Below the pieces are notes generated by a model. That model worked only from the letters and a program-made list of their open reading frames with translations. It was not told where the DNA came from and made no database searches. A DNA stretch of 64,000 bases, from positions 544,001 to 608,000 of the forward strand of contig CAVRAO010000002.1 of the NCBI GenBank assembly GCA_963719035.1. Reading direction: 5' to 3'. Position 1 is the stretch's first letter. Every line of letters begins with the position of its first letter. The DNA is from Methanobacteriota archaeon (lineage in GTDB: Archaea > Halobacteriota > Bog-38 > Methanoflorentales > Methanoflorentaceae). Below, one piece after another: positions 20,655-29,516 of this stretch. The position numbers and the translations under genes are program-made.

Positions 20655-21701
20655 CTAGCTGTCCTGCAATTTGAAGCGCAAAAGCGCGGCGATGCCTCCA
20701 AGCTTCTCTAATCGCTTGCCCGGCTCGAATTCGGTGCTAAAAACGACGACGTGGCCGTTCGAACTGTTCACGGCAGTCAACAGTTCGTCGACGGCCACGC
20801 CTTTTTCTCGCTCATTGCGCAATGTCTCATCAGCAATAAGCAGCGTAGCGATGGCCCCCCACTCATGCGCTTTGACGACCTCGCCCTTGCCATAGGCAGC
20901 TTTGCCGCCAACAGCAATCTCTCTAAGTAGTTCGTCGATCAAGCGCGCCTCACGCACGAGGTGTGCGTCCTTAATGAGCCGGTCCACAGCACCACGTCGA
21001 AGCGCCTCTTGAAAGCCAGAAATACCAACTGAGGTCGTATTCTCAACGACTATCCGGTCTGGGAAATCCTTGTCCTTCTGCGTTGCGAACCGAACGAAAT
21101 CGTCCTTAATAAATCCGGGACCAGCGATAACGTATTCTTCCGCACCCACGTGGGCCAACTGCTCATATATTTGCGCAAAAAAATCAACCTGTGAAGTCTC
21201 GTCTAGCTTGCCTGCTCTTTGCGTGATGTTCGCAACTTCCTCAACACCATACTGCCGGAGCACACCAATCTGTGCTTCACCTGATTCTACAGTGACAAGT
21301 GCGATTTCGGGGCGATTTGATTCCTCGATCGCTTTGGCAATACGATCAAGCTGATCGCGCCTCCACTGCTTTATGATCGAGACGTCGCGCAACGGTTCGA
21401 CGCTCAACGTATGATGCGACCCAACGTCTTGGCCTGACTCGATGGTCCCGCTGATTCGTAGGCGGTTGGCAAACCGATGAAATTCTACAGAATCGACGCG
21501 AATCCCAAGCCGCATCGGCTTTCGCTCTAACTTCTCCGGCCGCAATTTGTCAGTTGCACTCTCAACTTTGCGAAAGGTCAATGCAAAAACAAGATCGCCC
21601 TTTTCGATGAGGTGTTTTAGATGCCACAGGTCATCTATTGATTCGGGCAGGAGGGTTATCTTCCCTTCAAGCCTTATCAAAGATCTCTTCAAAAGGCGCA
21701 T
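20655..21701 (-). CDS. pelA: mRNA surveillance protein Pelota
   Basis: PESIDDLWHL, EFHRFANRLR, GSHHT, AGPGF.K, LGGIAALLRF. Confidence 0.95.
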   Translation of the reverse strand: MRLLKRSLIRLEGKITLLPESIDDLWHLKHLIEKGDLVFALTFRKVESATDKLRPEKLERKPMRLGIRVDSVEFHRFANRLRISGTIESGQDVGSHHTLSVEPLRDVSIIKQWRRDQLDRIAKAIEESNRPEIALVTVESGEAQIGVLRQYGVEEVANITQRAGKLDETSQVDFFAQIYEQLAHVGAEEYVIAGPGFIKDDFVRFATQKDKDFPDRIVVENTTSVGISGFQEALRRGAVDRLIKDAHLVREARLIDELLREIAVGGKAAYGKGEVVKAHEWGAIATLLIADETLRNEREKGVAVDELLTAVNSSNGHVVVFSTEFEPGKRLEKLGGIAALLRFKLQDS

Positions 21702-21963
21702 AGCGACCGCCTGCTCCGGCCTTGATGCCTCAGTTTCTTGCGGGCCGACCGGATATTCGTAAGTGAGAACTTGTTAAAAGAATCGCGCTCCACACATGAC
21801 CGCTTCGTCAACGATGCTATTTATACATTGATTTTAAGCACTTGTCATTCGCGTGAACGCGGACCTAAATTGCAAGGAAAAAAAATGCTCGTTCAGGCAA
21901 TTACGCCTTGTCAGAGTGAAGCAGACCCAAAGGATTTAAATCAATCTCTTTATACGTCAGATT

Positions 21964-22251
21964 ATGATAGAAGACAGAAATTACGCAGAAGAGGAGGTCG
22001 CAGAAGACTTGCTAGATCTCATTAAGGAGTACGAGGCGGAGATCAAGAAGCTCAAGGAACGTGAGAAAGCCCTGCTTAAGTCACTCCAAGCTAGCCTTGG
22101 CGACGATCCCGCAGCGCAAATTGAGGAGTATGTACGAGTCAAGATTGATCGGTCGCTGCGCCTTTTCGAGCTCGATCTACGAACCCGCTACACCGATGAA
22201 GAAGCGGCTACATCAAAAGAAGTTGATCGGATATTCAAAGAGTACGCTTAG
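21964..22251 (+). CDS. Hypothetical acidic coiled-coil protein
   Basis: 95-aa helical, charged ORF downstream of a TATA-like GGATTTAAAT. Confidence 0.6.
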   Translation: MIEDRNYAEEEVAEDLLDLIKEYEAEIKKLKEREKALLKSLQASLGDDPAAQIEEYVRVKIDRSLRLFELDLRTRYTDEEAATSKEVDRIFKEYA

Positions 22252-22387
22252 GTTGCTTCGTACAGTCAATTGAACACTTGCAGATACAGGTCTGCAAAGG
22301 GCGAAAAAGTGAATCGAACGCCAAAACGCCTATTTTATATAATAGTATTTAGCTCTCCACTATTACAGCCAGCAGCGGTAGGTAGCA

Positions 22388-23317
22388 ATGAACGTGATAG
22401 AAGTCCTTGAACTGACAAAGCGCTATAAGAAAGGCGTCGTTGCTGTTGATAATGCGAGCTTCACAGTGGAACAAGGCGCTGCTTTTGGCCTTCTAGGGCC
22501 GATCGGCTCCGGGAAATCGAGCGTTATCCACATGTTGCTCAACTTCACTAAACCTACTGCTGGAACGATCAGGATATTCGATCGCGAAATCGCTACGCAG
22601 TTTCACGAGGTGCAAAGTAAAATCGGCTACGTTCCCGAGCGCCCCGGCTTTTATGGCAACTTCTCCGCTGAAAAGAATCTCAGAATTTTTGCCAACCTTT
22701 CCGGCGTACATGAAGAGCGCGATGAAAGAATCTCGAAACTGTTTATTTTGGCAGGTCTGGAGGGCAAAGAAACCGACCACGTGCAAACGTATTCGCTCGG
22801 GGACCGAAAGCGACTTGGCATTGCCGCAGCGATGCTGAATGAGCCTGAGTTGCTTATCCTCGATGAACCAAGCGCGGGACTTGACCCGCAGGGCAGGCGC
22901 GACGTAATGGCACTCATTCATGAACTCAACGTCCACGACGTTACCCTCTTTCTCGCCACAAATAACGTCAGATCCATCGCTGAAATATGTGACGTAGTAG
23001 CAATAATGAAATCCGGCCGCGTTGCAGCGCCAATTACGACAAAGAGCTTCATAGAGAACGTTAGAGGGACTAGTCTACATCTCGAAGCTGACCTCGTCAA
23101 CATGAACGAACGAGTCCTACAGGCCATTAAGTCGGTAAAAGGTGTTAAGTCAATCGAGTGCGATCAGCTCAAGATCAGCATCGATTACCGACCAGGCATA
23201 AACGAGGACGTGAACTACGTAATCACGCGAGCAGGGGGCCGATTGCGCTCATTGCGCGAGGCACCATCGCTCGAAGAGGCGTACGTGCGAATGATGGGGG
23301 AAGAAGACGTTGAGTGA
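22388..23317 (+). CDS. ABC-2 type transporter ATP-binding protein
   Basis: GPIGSGKSS, YSLGDRKR, LILDEP; the H-loop appears as ATNN. Confidence 0.9.
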   Translation: MNVIEVLELTKRYKKGVVAVDNASFTVEQGAAFGLLGPIGSGKSSVIHMLLNFTKPTAGTIRIFDREIATQFHEVQSKIGYVPERPGFYGNFSAEKNLRIFANLSGVHEERDERISKLFILAGLEGKETDHVQTYSLGDRKRLGIAAAMLNEPELLILDEPSAGLDPQGRRDVMALIHELNVHDVTLFLATNNVRSIAEICDVVAIMKSGRVAAPITTKSFIENVRGTSLHLEADLVNMNERVLQAIKSVKGVKSIECDQLKISIDYRPGINEDVNYVITRAGGRLRSLREAPSLEEAYVRMMGEEDVE

Positions 23318-24191
23318 GTTTTCAGAGGCTACTTACGCGTTTTTGACGATCGCGCAAAAGGAGTTCCAGTCCGCTATAAGAACGAAGCGCTTTCTCATCT
23401 TCGGCACTATATTCGTGCTGCTTGCACTCATCGGCGCGTATTATGGGAATACCGATCTCACTCGATCAATTTCGCCAACAAGCGGGGCCCCCAACCCAAC
23501 AACGCAGCCGATAAACTACGTGATTAGCGTCGCGTTTTCGTATAGTCAGGTCCTCTTAAGTATTCTCGCGCTTGCGTTGTCATATGACGCGCTCACCCGT
23601 GAGCGGTCCGAAAGAACGCTCGTGCAGCTCCTCATGCGACCTATACGGCGTAGCACGATATTCTTTGGCAAGTTCGTCGCGTATCTTGCCGCTGCGGGCG
23701 GCTTGTTCGTTGCTACGACACTCGTTCTGTACGTTGGCCTGTCTCTCATCACACGAAAATTCCCAAGTTCGGGCGACATCGACTACCTGTTCCTCTCGAT
23801 GGGTGTGATGCTGCTGTATGTCATGTCGTTTATCGCAATCGGACTTCTAATCTCAAGTCTGACGCGCACGAGCCTCGACTCGTTGCTCGGCGCGGTCTTT
23901 GTTTGGATCCTTCTGTTGATCTTCACTTACGCCGGCCTTGCACTCGGTTTAAGCGCCATACACATGAGCGCTACAGCAGAGATCCCCTACACGGCGTTTC
24001 CCGGATACGCAAAAACACTGATCTGGATCAATCCCGGCAGCCACAACGTTGCTATACAATCCCTTGCTGGAGACTTCTCAAAACTCACTTCAGGTCTGAG
24101 TTACACAGCAAACGTTATTTTACTTGTCGTTTCGATCGCCGTCCCGCTTTTGCCGGCTTATTACTTTTTCAAGCGGTCTGACGCAGTCTAA
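23310..24191 (+). CDS. ABC-2 type transporter permease
   Basis: IAQKEF, DALTRERSERTLVQLLMRPIRRSTIFFGKF; about 6 TM; overlaps the ATPase. Confidence 0.88.
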   Translation: MSEFSEATYAFLTIAQKEFQSAIRTKRFLIFGTIFVLLALIGAYYGNTDLTRSISPTSGAPNPTTQPINYVISVAFSYSQVLLSILALALSYDALTRERSERTLVQLLMRPIRRSTIFFGKFVAYLAAAGGLFVATTLVLYVGLSLITRKFPSSGDIDYLFLSMGVMLLYVMSFIAIGLLISSLTRTSLDSLLGAVFVWILLLIFTYAGLALGLSAIHMSATAEIPYTAFPGYAKTLIWINPGSHNVAIQSLAGDFSKLTSGLSYTANVILLVVSIAVPLLPAYYFFKRSDAV

Positions 24192-24350
24192 ACGTCAAAC
24201 CTTAAAATGCAGTTCTTTCCGAGTTATCTCATCGTACTATTCAAGCCTAATTTGCGCTTTACATCAAGATCGAACATTATTTATAAGATCAATCGACAAT
24301 ATTGGTTACACGTAAGGAAGACAAACATCACGAAGAGGTGCCAAACTTAG

Positions 24351-25014
24351 ATGAAGAAGAAAATTGGCTTATTAGCGATAATTGGATTACTAGTTTCATT
24401 CATGGCATTTTCAGGTGTCGCATCGGCCCAAACAAGTAACGTTACAAGTGGTATTTGTTCACGTCAGCAGATGTGCAGCGACTGCCAGCATAGTTAAGCC
24501 TCGTGTTCGAAGCGCTGCAGCACAATACGGTGATAGCACTGATCTATTCATGACGTGACACGCTGGAGAGGGCAAAGGTATTGCGACGAGCAAATGGCGT
24601 TTCCGGAACGCCCACAATAATCATCTCAGGGGCTCAATCGGCTAGGTTAACAGGTGACGTAATTCACAGCACAGATTGACAGCTGCTATAAAAGCGGCTA
24701 TAGGCACGGCAACACCAACACCAGTAGCAAAACCAGTAGTAAAACCAAGCTAGTAGCTGGTAAAACCACACCTGTAGCAACAGCAAAACCAGTGGCGGTA
24801 AAACCAAGCTGCAGTGCGGTAAAAGCAAGCTGTAGTGGTAAAACAAGCTGTAGCAGCCACACCAAAAGCAACTGCACAGCCGACCATTGAGGTCGTTACA
24901 GCAACTCAAACTCCAACCACTTCAACGCAAACAGTCCCAGAGTTCTCACTGCTCGGACTCGGTGCTCCAGCGTTACTAATAGGCGCAATATACTTATTCC
25001 TGAGAAGACGATAG
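24351..25014 (+). pseudogene. Secreted thioredoxin-like PEF-CTERM surface protein with multiple frameshifts
   Basis: Signal peptide MKKKIGLLAIIGLL...ASAQ, CSDC, NGVSGTPTIII (cis-Pro loop), Ala/Val/Thr/Pro repeats, ending VPEFSLLGLGAPALLIGAIYLFLRRR* at 25014; frame broken several times. Confidence 0.7.
24715..24860 (+). repeat. Imperfect coding repeats of about 12-15 bp (gtagtaaaac(c)aagct; VVKQA/AKPV units)
   Basis: Recurrent gtaaaacc(a)agc / gcaaaaccagt units. Confidence 0.6.
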
Positions 25015-25016
25015 CA

Positions 25017-25047
25017 GAGGGTTATTCACTTAACCCCCTCTTTTTTT
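25017..25047 (+). terminator. Hairpin plus T-tract terminator
   Basis: GGGTTA-ttcact-TAACCC followed by T7, immediately after the stop. Confidence 0.65.
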
Positions 25048-25220
25048 ATTAATAGAGCTAGTTGACTTGAGCGAAAGTTTTGTTCTGACCAAGAAATTTT
25101 TTTTGGCTCAATTTACTCCAGTGGAAACACTGAAGCTAAAAGAGAAGCTATTTATATTGCGTTCAAGAGAGTGCGACAAGAATACCAATAGCGCCCCTAC
25201 GGGGCACAGGAGGTAATATT

Positions 25221-25535
25221 TTGGAACCGAGGCAAAAGGTGATGGCTATCCTGATAGGGGCTGCTATCATTACGCTATCTATTCAGGTGGCGACAGCATC
25301 AACAGATTGCCCCGAGTGTAAGGTCGTCTACTACGACGACGTAATGACGGTTAATAACGGTGCTTCCGCACCGCAAGATGCAACTAATGTCGGACCGCTC
25401 TCGCTCCTAGACCCTTCAACAGCGTTTACGAGCCCGAGCCAAGTGAACATCGCAGACACAGGTACTGAAGCTGTTGTAAATGTCCAAGCGGGCGTGTTTC
25501 CCGCTTCCCCTTCTTTTGTCGCGAATAAGAATTGA
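25221..25535 (+). CDS. Small secreted protein with CxxC
   Basis: GGAGGT RBS, signal peptide ...VATA, then STDCPEC. Confidence 0.6.
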   Translation: MEPRQKVMAILIGAAIITLSIQVATASTDCPECKVVYYDDVMTVNNGASAPQDATNVGPLSLLDPSTAFTSPSQVNIADTGTEAVVNVQAGVFPASPSFVANKN

Positions 25536-26653
25536 AAGGTAGCGACAAGCATAAAAACATAGCAATGGTAACACTACCTATGAAACGCGAGGTCGCTCTC
25601 ACGGCAATCGTGTCAATGCTTCTTATGTTTGCGATCATACCTTCTTTTGCTTCCTCATTGAGCTCATTTAGCGAACAAAATGCTCCCGATTTTCATCTTG
25701 CAGATCTGTCAAACACCCAACATTCGCTAAGCGATTATCAAGGAAGTATCGTTGTGCTTGACTTTTTTAGCGTTGAGTGCAGCGACTGTCAGGTTAGTGC
25801 CAAAAACGTCTTAGTGCCCCTCTCTAACAATATCTATAACAACAGCAGCAGCGGCGATGTCAAAGTTCAATTTCTAAGCATTGAGACAACCGGCGCTTCT
25901 GCCGACACAATTAACTCCACGTATGTAAACTCCACAGGTATCACGTGGCCTATCTTAACCGGGGGAGACAACCTCAAAAATTCGTACAGTTCGAACGGCA
26001 TGCCAACCGTATATGTCATTGATCCAGCAGGAAAAATCGTTCTTTCAATGGCCCACCCGCTGGACATCGAAACGTTAAAAGCTGTGATAGACAACCTTTT
26101 AGAGGTTAATGCGCACGCGACACCGACCCCAACTAATCCGTCTGCCATCCCAACTGCTACACCGTCGACGTCGCCAACGCCTATACCAACTCCTCCCGAA
26201 ACCATTCTAAACGCTCACACGTCTGACACCTCCAAAGCAAAACAGTCGAGTGACACTGCAGCAGCAAGTCCATTAGCGCCCAGCAAATCAGTAGTGTCGG
26301 CATCAACAACCTCAGACACACAAGAAAATGGCTCCTCCACAGGGCTCGAAAATTGCTCTGTGCCGCTCACACAACAGGCGAGTCTTTCCACTACATCACA
26401 GAAATGCCTTCTGTACTCGTCGTCACTGCTATCGCCGATAGTGCCTTCCACAGTTTTAGCACAAGCAACTGCTATGTCAGCGGAAGCATCTGCATTATCC
26501 CAGAATGCAATACCAACAATAACCTTGCCAGCTGACACAAACAGCACCGCAAGCTTGCCCTTACAGTCCGTATACGAGTTCTCCCTTCTTGGATTGGGAG
26601 CTCCGACACTGCTAATCGGGGTCTTGTACCTGCTGCTAAGAAGAGTGAAATAG
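25532..26653 (+). CDS. Secreted redoxin/TlpA-like protein with S/T/P linker and PEF-CTERM-like tail
   Basis: APDFHL.D....HSLSDYQG.IVVLDFFSVECSDC...GMPTVYVID; ends VYEFSLLGLGAPTLLIGVLYLLLRRVK; true start probably 25565-25580. Confidence 0.8.
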   Translation: MKGSDKHKNIAMVTLPMKREVALTAIVSMLLMFAIIPSFASSLSSFSEQNAPDFHLADLSNTQHSLSDYQGSIVVLDFFSVECSDCQVSAKNVLVPLSNNIYNNSSSGDVKVQFLSIETTGASADTINSTYVNSTGITWPILTGGDNLKNSYSSNGMPTVYVIDPAGKIVLSMAHPLDIETLKAVIDNLLEVNAHATPTPTNPSAIPTATPSTSPTPIPTPPETILNAHTSDTSKAKQSSDTAAASPLAPSKSVVSASTTSDTQENGSSTGLENCSVPLTQQASLSTTSQKCLLYSSSLLSPIVPSTVLAQATAMSAEASALSQNAIPTITLPADTNSTASLPLQSVYEFSLLGLGAPTLLIGVLYLLLRRVK

Positions 26654-26849
26654 ACGTTATCTTGGAGCTGGAGTTCTTTCACTCTGCCCACCGCTCATAG
26701 CACGACTCTTGTCGCGAAAGCTTTTAAAGCAGTGATGTTTGGCGTTATCTCAAACTGCCCCCAATCGTTTTTATGGCTCTTCGTGGAGCCGCCCCGTGAC
26801 ACGCGAATGCGACGAAAAGGCTTTCTTAGATCAAGTCTAATGGGGATCG

Positions 26850-27842
26850 ATGATCAGAGTTGGTATAATCGGCGGATCTGGCTACACAGGCGGAGAATTG
26901 CTGAGATTACTCGTTCAGCATCCCGAAGCCGACGTCACAATAGTCACTTCGCGAGCCCTCGACGGAACCCAAGTTGCTGACGTTCACCGCTATCTGAAAG
27001 GGTTTTACGACCTGCGGTTTGTAAACGCTGACTCGAAATTAGTTGCAAAAGCAGCAGATGTTGTCTTTCTCGCCGTTCCACACGGCGCCGCTATGGGACT
27101 TGTACCTGATCTCATTGGTAAGGTCCGCATAATCGATCTCAGCGCTGATTATCGACTTGGCCAACGTTACGAGTCGGTGTACGGCCCCCATACCGATCCT
27201 AGGGACGCCGTCTATGGTCTGCCTGAGCTGCACCCTGAAGTAGCGCACGCGAACTTGTGTGCCAACCCCGGATGCTATCCGACAGGAGCCATCTTGGCAG
27301 CAGCGCCTCTGGTCAAAGCAGGATTCGCAGATCACATCGTGTTTGACTCAAAGTCCGGCATTTCAGGCGCTGGGGCTGCTCCGACTGCGACGTCGCACTA
27401 CCCTAACTTAGCTGAGAACGTTGTACCGTACCAACTGACGAATCACCGGCACAAAGCCGAAATCGTGCAGGAGCTTGCGCAACTGGGAGCCGGAACCGTG
27501 AACTTTACCCCTCACGTTATTCCGTCGATACGGGGTATCCTAACGACCGCACATATCTTCACGAACGAAGATGTAGATGGTGACCGGGTTCGATCACTCT
27601 ACGAAAATTTTTACGCCGACCGTCCCTTTATTCGGTTCAACGTGCCCTCACTCGGATCGGTCAGAGGCACCAATTTCTGTGACCTCTTCATTGAACGGGA
27701 CGTCGCTTCGAACCGCGTCGTTGTTGTCTCTGCCATCGACAACATGGTGAAGGGCGCATCAGGCCAAGCTATTCAGAACATGAATCTTATGTTCGGCCTC
27801 GATGAAACAACGGGGCTCTGGACTCCTGCCCTATCGCTTTGA
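26850..27842 (+). CDS. argC: N-acetyl-gamma-glutamyl-phosphate reductase
   Basis: GGSGYTGGEL, DLSADYRL, ANPGCYPT, SGISGAG, DNMVKGASGQA. Confidence 0.96.
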   Translation: MIRVGIIGGSGYTGGELLRLLVQHPEADVTIVTSRALDGTQVADVHRYLKGFYDLRFVNADSKLVAKAADVVFLAVPHGAAMGLVPDLIGKVRIIDLSADYRLGQRYESVYGPHTDPRDAVYGLPELHPEVAHANLCANPGCYPTGAILAAAPLVKAGFADHIVFDSKSGISGAGAAPTATSHYPNLAENVVPYQLTNHRHKAEIVQELAQLGAGTVNFTPHVIPSIRGILTTAHIFTNEDVDGDRVRSLYENFYADRPFIRFNVPSLGSVRGTNFCDLFIERDVASNRVVVVSAIDNMVKGASGQAIQNMNLMFGLDETTGLWTPALSL

Positions 27843-27849
27843 GGTAGCA

Positions 27850-28323
27850 ATGAAAGTTATAGATGTCATGAATCCAAACGTCATTACGGTGACGCCCGAA
27901 ACGACAGTGCGCGAGTGTGTTAAGCTGCTACGGGAGAACAGCGTAAGCGGTGTACCAGTTGTGGCTGACGGTGATCTTGTCGGCATTGTAACGGAAAACG
28001 ATATACTATCCTTACTTGAAATTCCCGAACACACCGGCTACTGGCTGCCTAGCCCGCTCGAGATCATCGAGGTTCCGGTGCGCGAAATAATTGAGCGCCT
28101 GGAACTGAGAGACTCTATGACTGAAGATGTCGGCGACTGGAAGGTGAATCGCGTCATGACGAAGCCTGTTCACACGATCAGCGTTGACGCTGATATCGAA
28201 GCTGCCACCGAGCACATGACAAGACACAAGATCAATCGACTTCCCGTCGTTGACAAAGACGGCAAATTGATCGGAATCGTCACGCGCGGCGATATAATAA
28301 AAGGGATTGCTGAGGGCAGTTAA
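27850..28323 (+). CDS. CBS-domain protein
   Basis: Two CBS repeats with a WLPSP insert; sits between argC and argJ. Confidence 0.9.
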   Translation: MKVIDVMNPNVITVTPETTVRECVKLLRENSVSGVPVVADGDLVGIVTENDILSLLEIPEHTGYWLPSPLEIIEVPVREIIERLELRDSMTEDVGDWKVNRVMTKPVHTISVDADIEAATEHMTRHKINRLPVVDKDGKLIGIVTRGDIIKGIAEGS

Positions 28324-29513
28324 TGCACATCGTTGAAGGAGGAATCTGCGCAGTGCGCGGTGTCAAGGCCTCCGGAATCAAGGATGGCAGAAATGGCGTT
28401 GCGCTCATCACCGGCGGCGGACAGGCGGCAGGCGTGTTTACCACAAACAAAGTCACAGCAGCCCCCGTCATCGTTACGCGTGAGCACCTCAAACAGAACA
28501 ACGAAATCCTCGCAATCGTCGCAAACAGCGGAAGCGCGAACGCTTTTACCGGACCGGAAGGGTTAAACGATGCTAAAAGCGTCGCTAAATCGCTCGCACA
28601 ACGTTTGCACATTCGCGACACGCAAGTTGCTGTGGCCTCAACAGGCGTCATAGGGACTCCACTCAATAGAGATTGGATCGATTCGAGGATCGAAAACCTT
28701 CTATTAACGTTAGCTCACTCAGCAGAGGGAAGTCTTGCAGCAGCCCGAGCAATAATGACGACCGATTCTGTCCCGAAACATATTGCTGTCGACGTCAGCG
28801 GTGTCAGAATAGGTGGCATAGCAAAGGGAGCTGGAATGATCGAACCGAAGCTATGCACAATGCTTGCCTTTATTTACACGGACGCACAGCTCGGCGCTGA
28901 CGTTTTGCAAAAATGCCTCAAGCAAGCAGCCGACCAAAGTTTCAACATGGTCGTGGTCGACGGAGACACGAGCACGAACGACAGCGTGCTTCTCATTGCG
29001 ACAGGTGCGAGCCCTGCAACAATTGAAATAAGCACGTTTCAAGATGCACTGAACTTTGTGTGTGTTGCGCTTGCAAAAATGATTGCGCGTGATGGCGAAG
29101 GCGCCTCAAAAATGATGGAAGTCACCGTTACAGGGGCACGAAATCGTGAAGATGCCGTGAAGGCAGCAAAGGCAGTCGTACGGTCACCCCTTGTAAAAAC
29201 CGCGCTTTTTGGCGCTGATCCGAACTGGGGGCGGATAGTGGCCGCCGTCGGCTATTCTGAAGCGTTCGTTGACCCTTCACTTCTCTCGCTGTCGTTATCA
29301 AGCGGAAAAGGCCCCCCTATAGACTTGCTCCAAAATGGGCTTATATGCACTGCTGCAGCTGATAAATTTGAAGAAGACGCGCTTGCGGCGATAATGAAGA
29401 GCGCTGAGATCTCAATCCAAATTGATTTAGGCGTCGGAGTGGCCTCAGCCACGGCATGGGGCTGTGATCTTACGGATGACTACGTGCGCATCAACGCCCA
29501 GTACACCACTTGA
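28323..29513 (+). CDS. argJ: Ornithine acetyltransferase / N-acetylglutamate synthase
   Basis: STGVIG, IMTTD, KGAGMIEP..CTML, DGDTSTND, DPNWGR. Confidence 0.96.
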   Translation: MHIVEGGICAVRGVKASGIKDGRNGVALITGGGQAAGVFTTNKVTAAPVIVTREHLKQNNEILAIVANSGSANAFTGPEGLNDAKSVAKSLAQRLHIRDTQVAVASTGVIGTPLNRDWIDSRIENLLLTLAHSAEGSLAAARAIMTTDSVPKHIAVDVSGVRIGGIAKGAGMIEPKLCTMLAFIYTDAQLGADVLQKCLKQAADQSFNMVVVDGDTSTNDSVLLIATGASPATIEISTFQDALNFVCVALAKMIARDGEGASKMMEVTVTGARNREDAVKAAKAVVRSPLVKTALFGADPNWGRIVAAVGYSEAFVDPSLLSLSLSSGKGPPIDLLQNGLICTAAADKFEEDALAAIMKSAEISIQIDLGVGVASATAWGCDLTDDYVRINAQYTT

Positions 29514-29516
29514 CGC

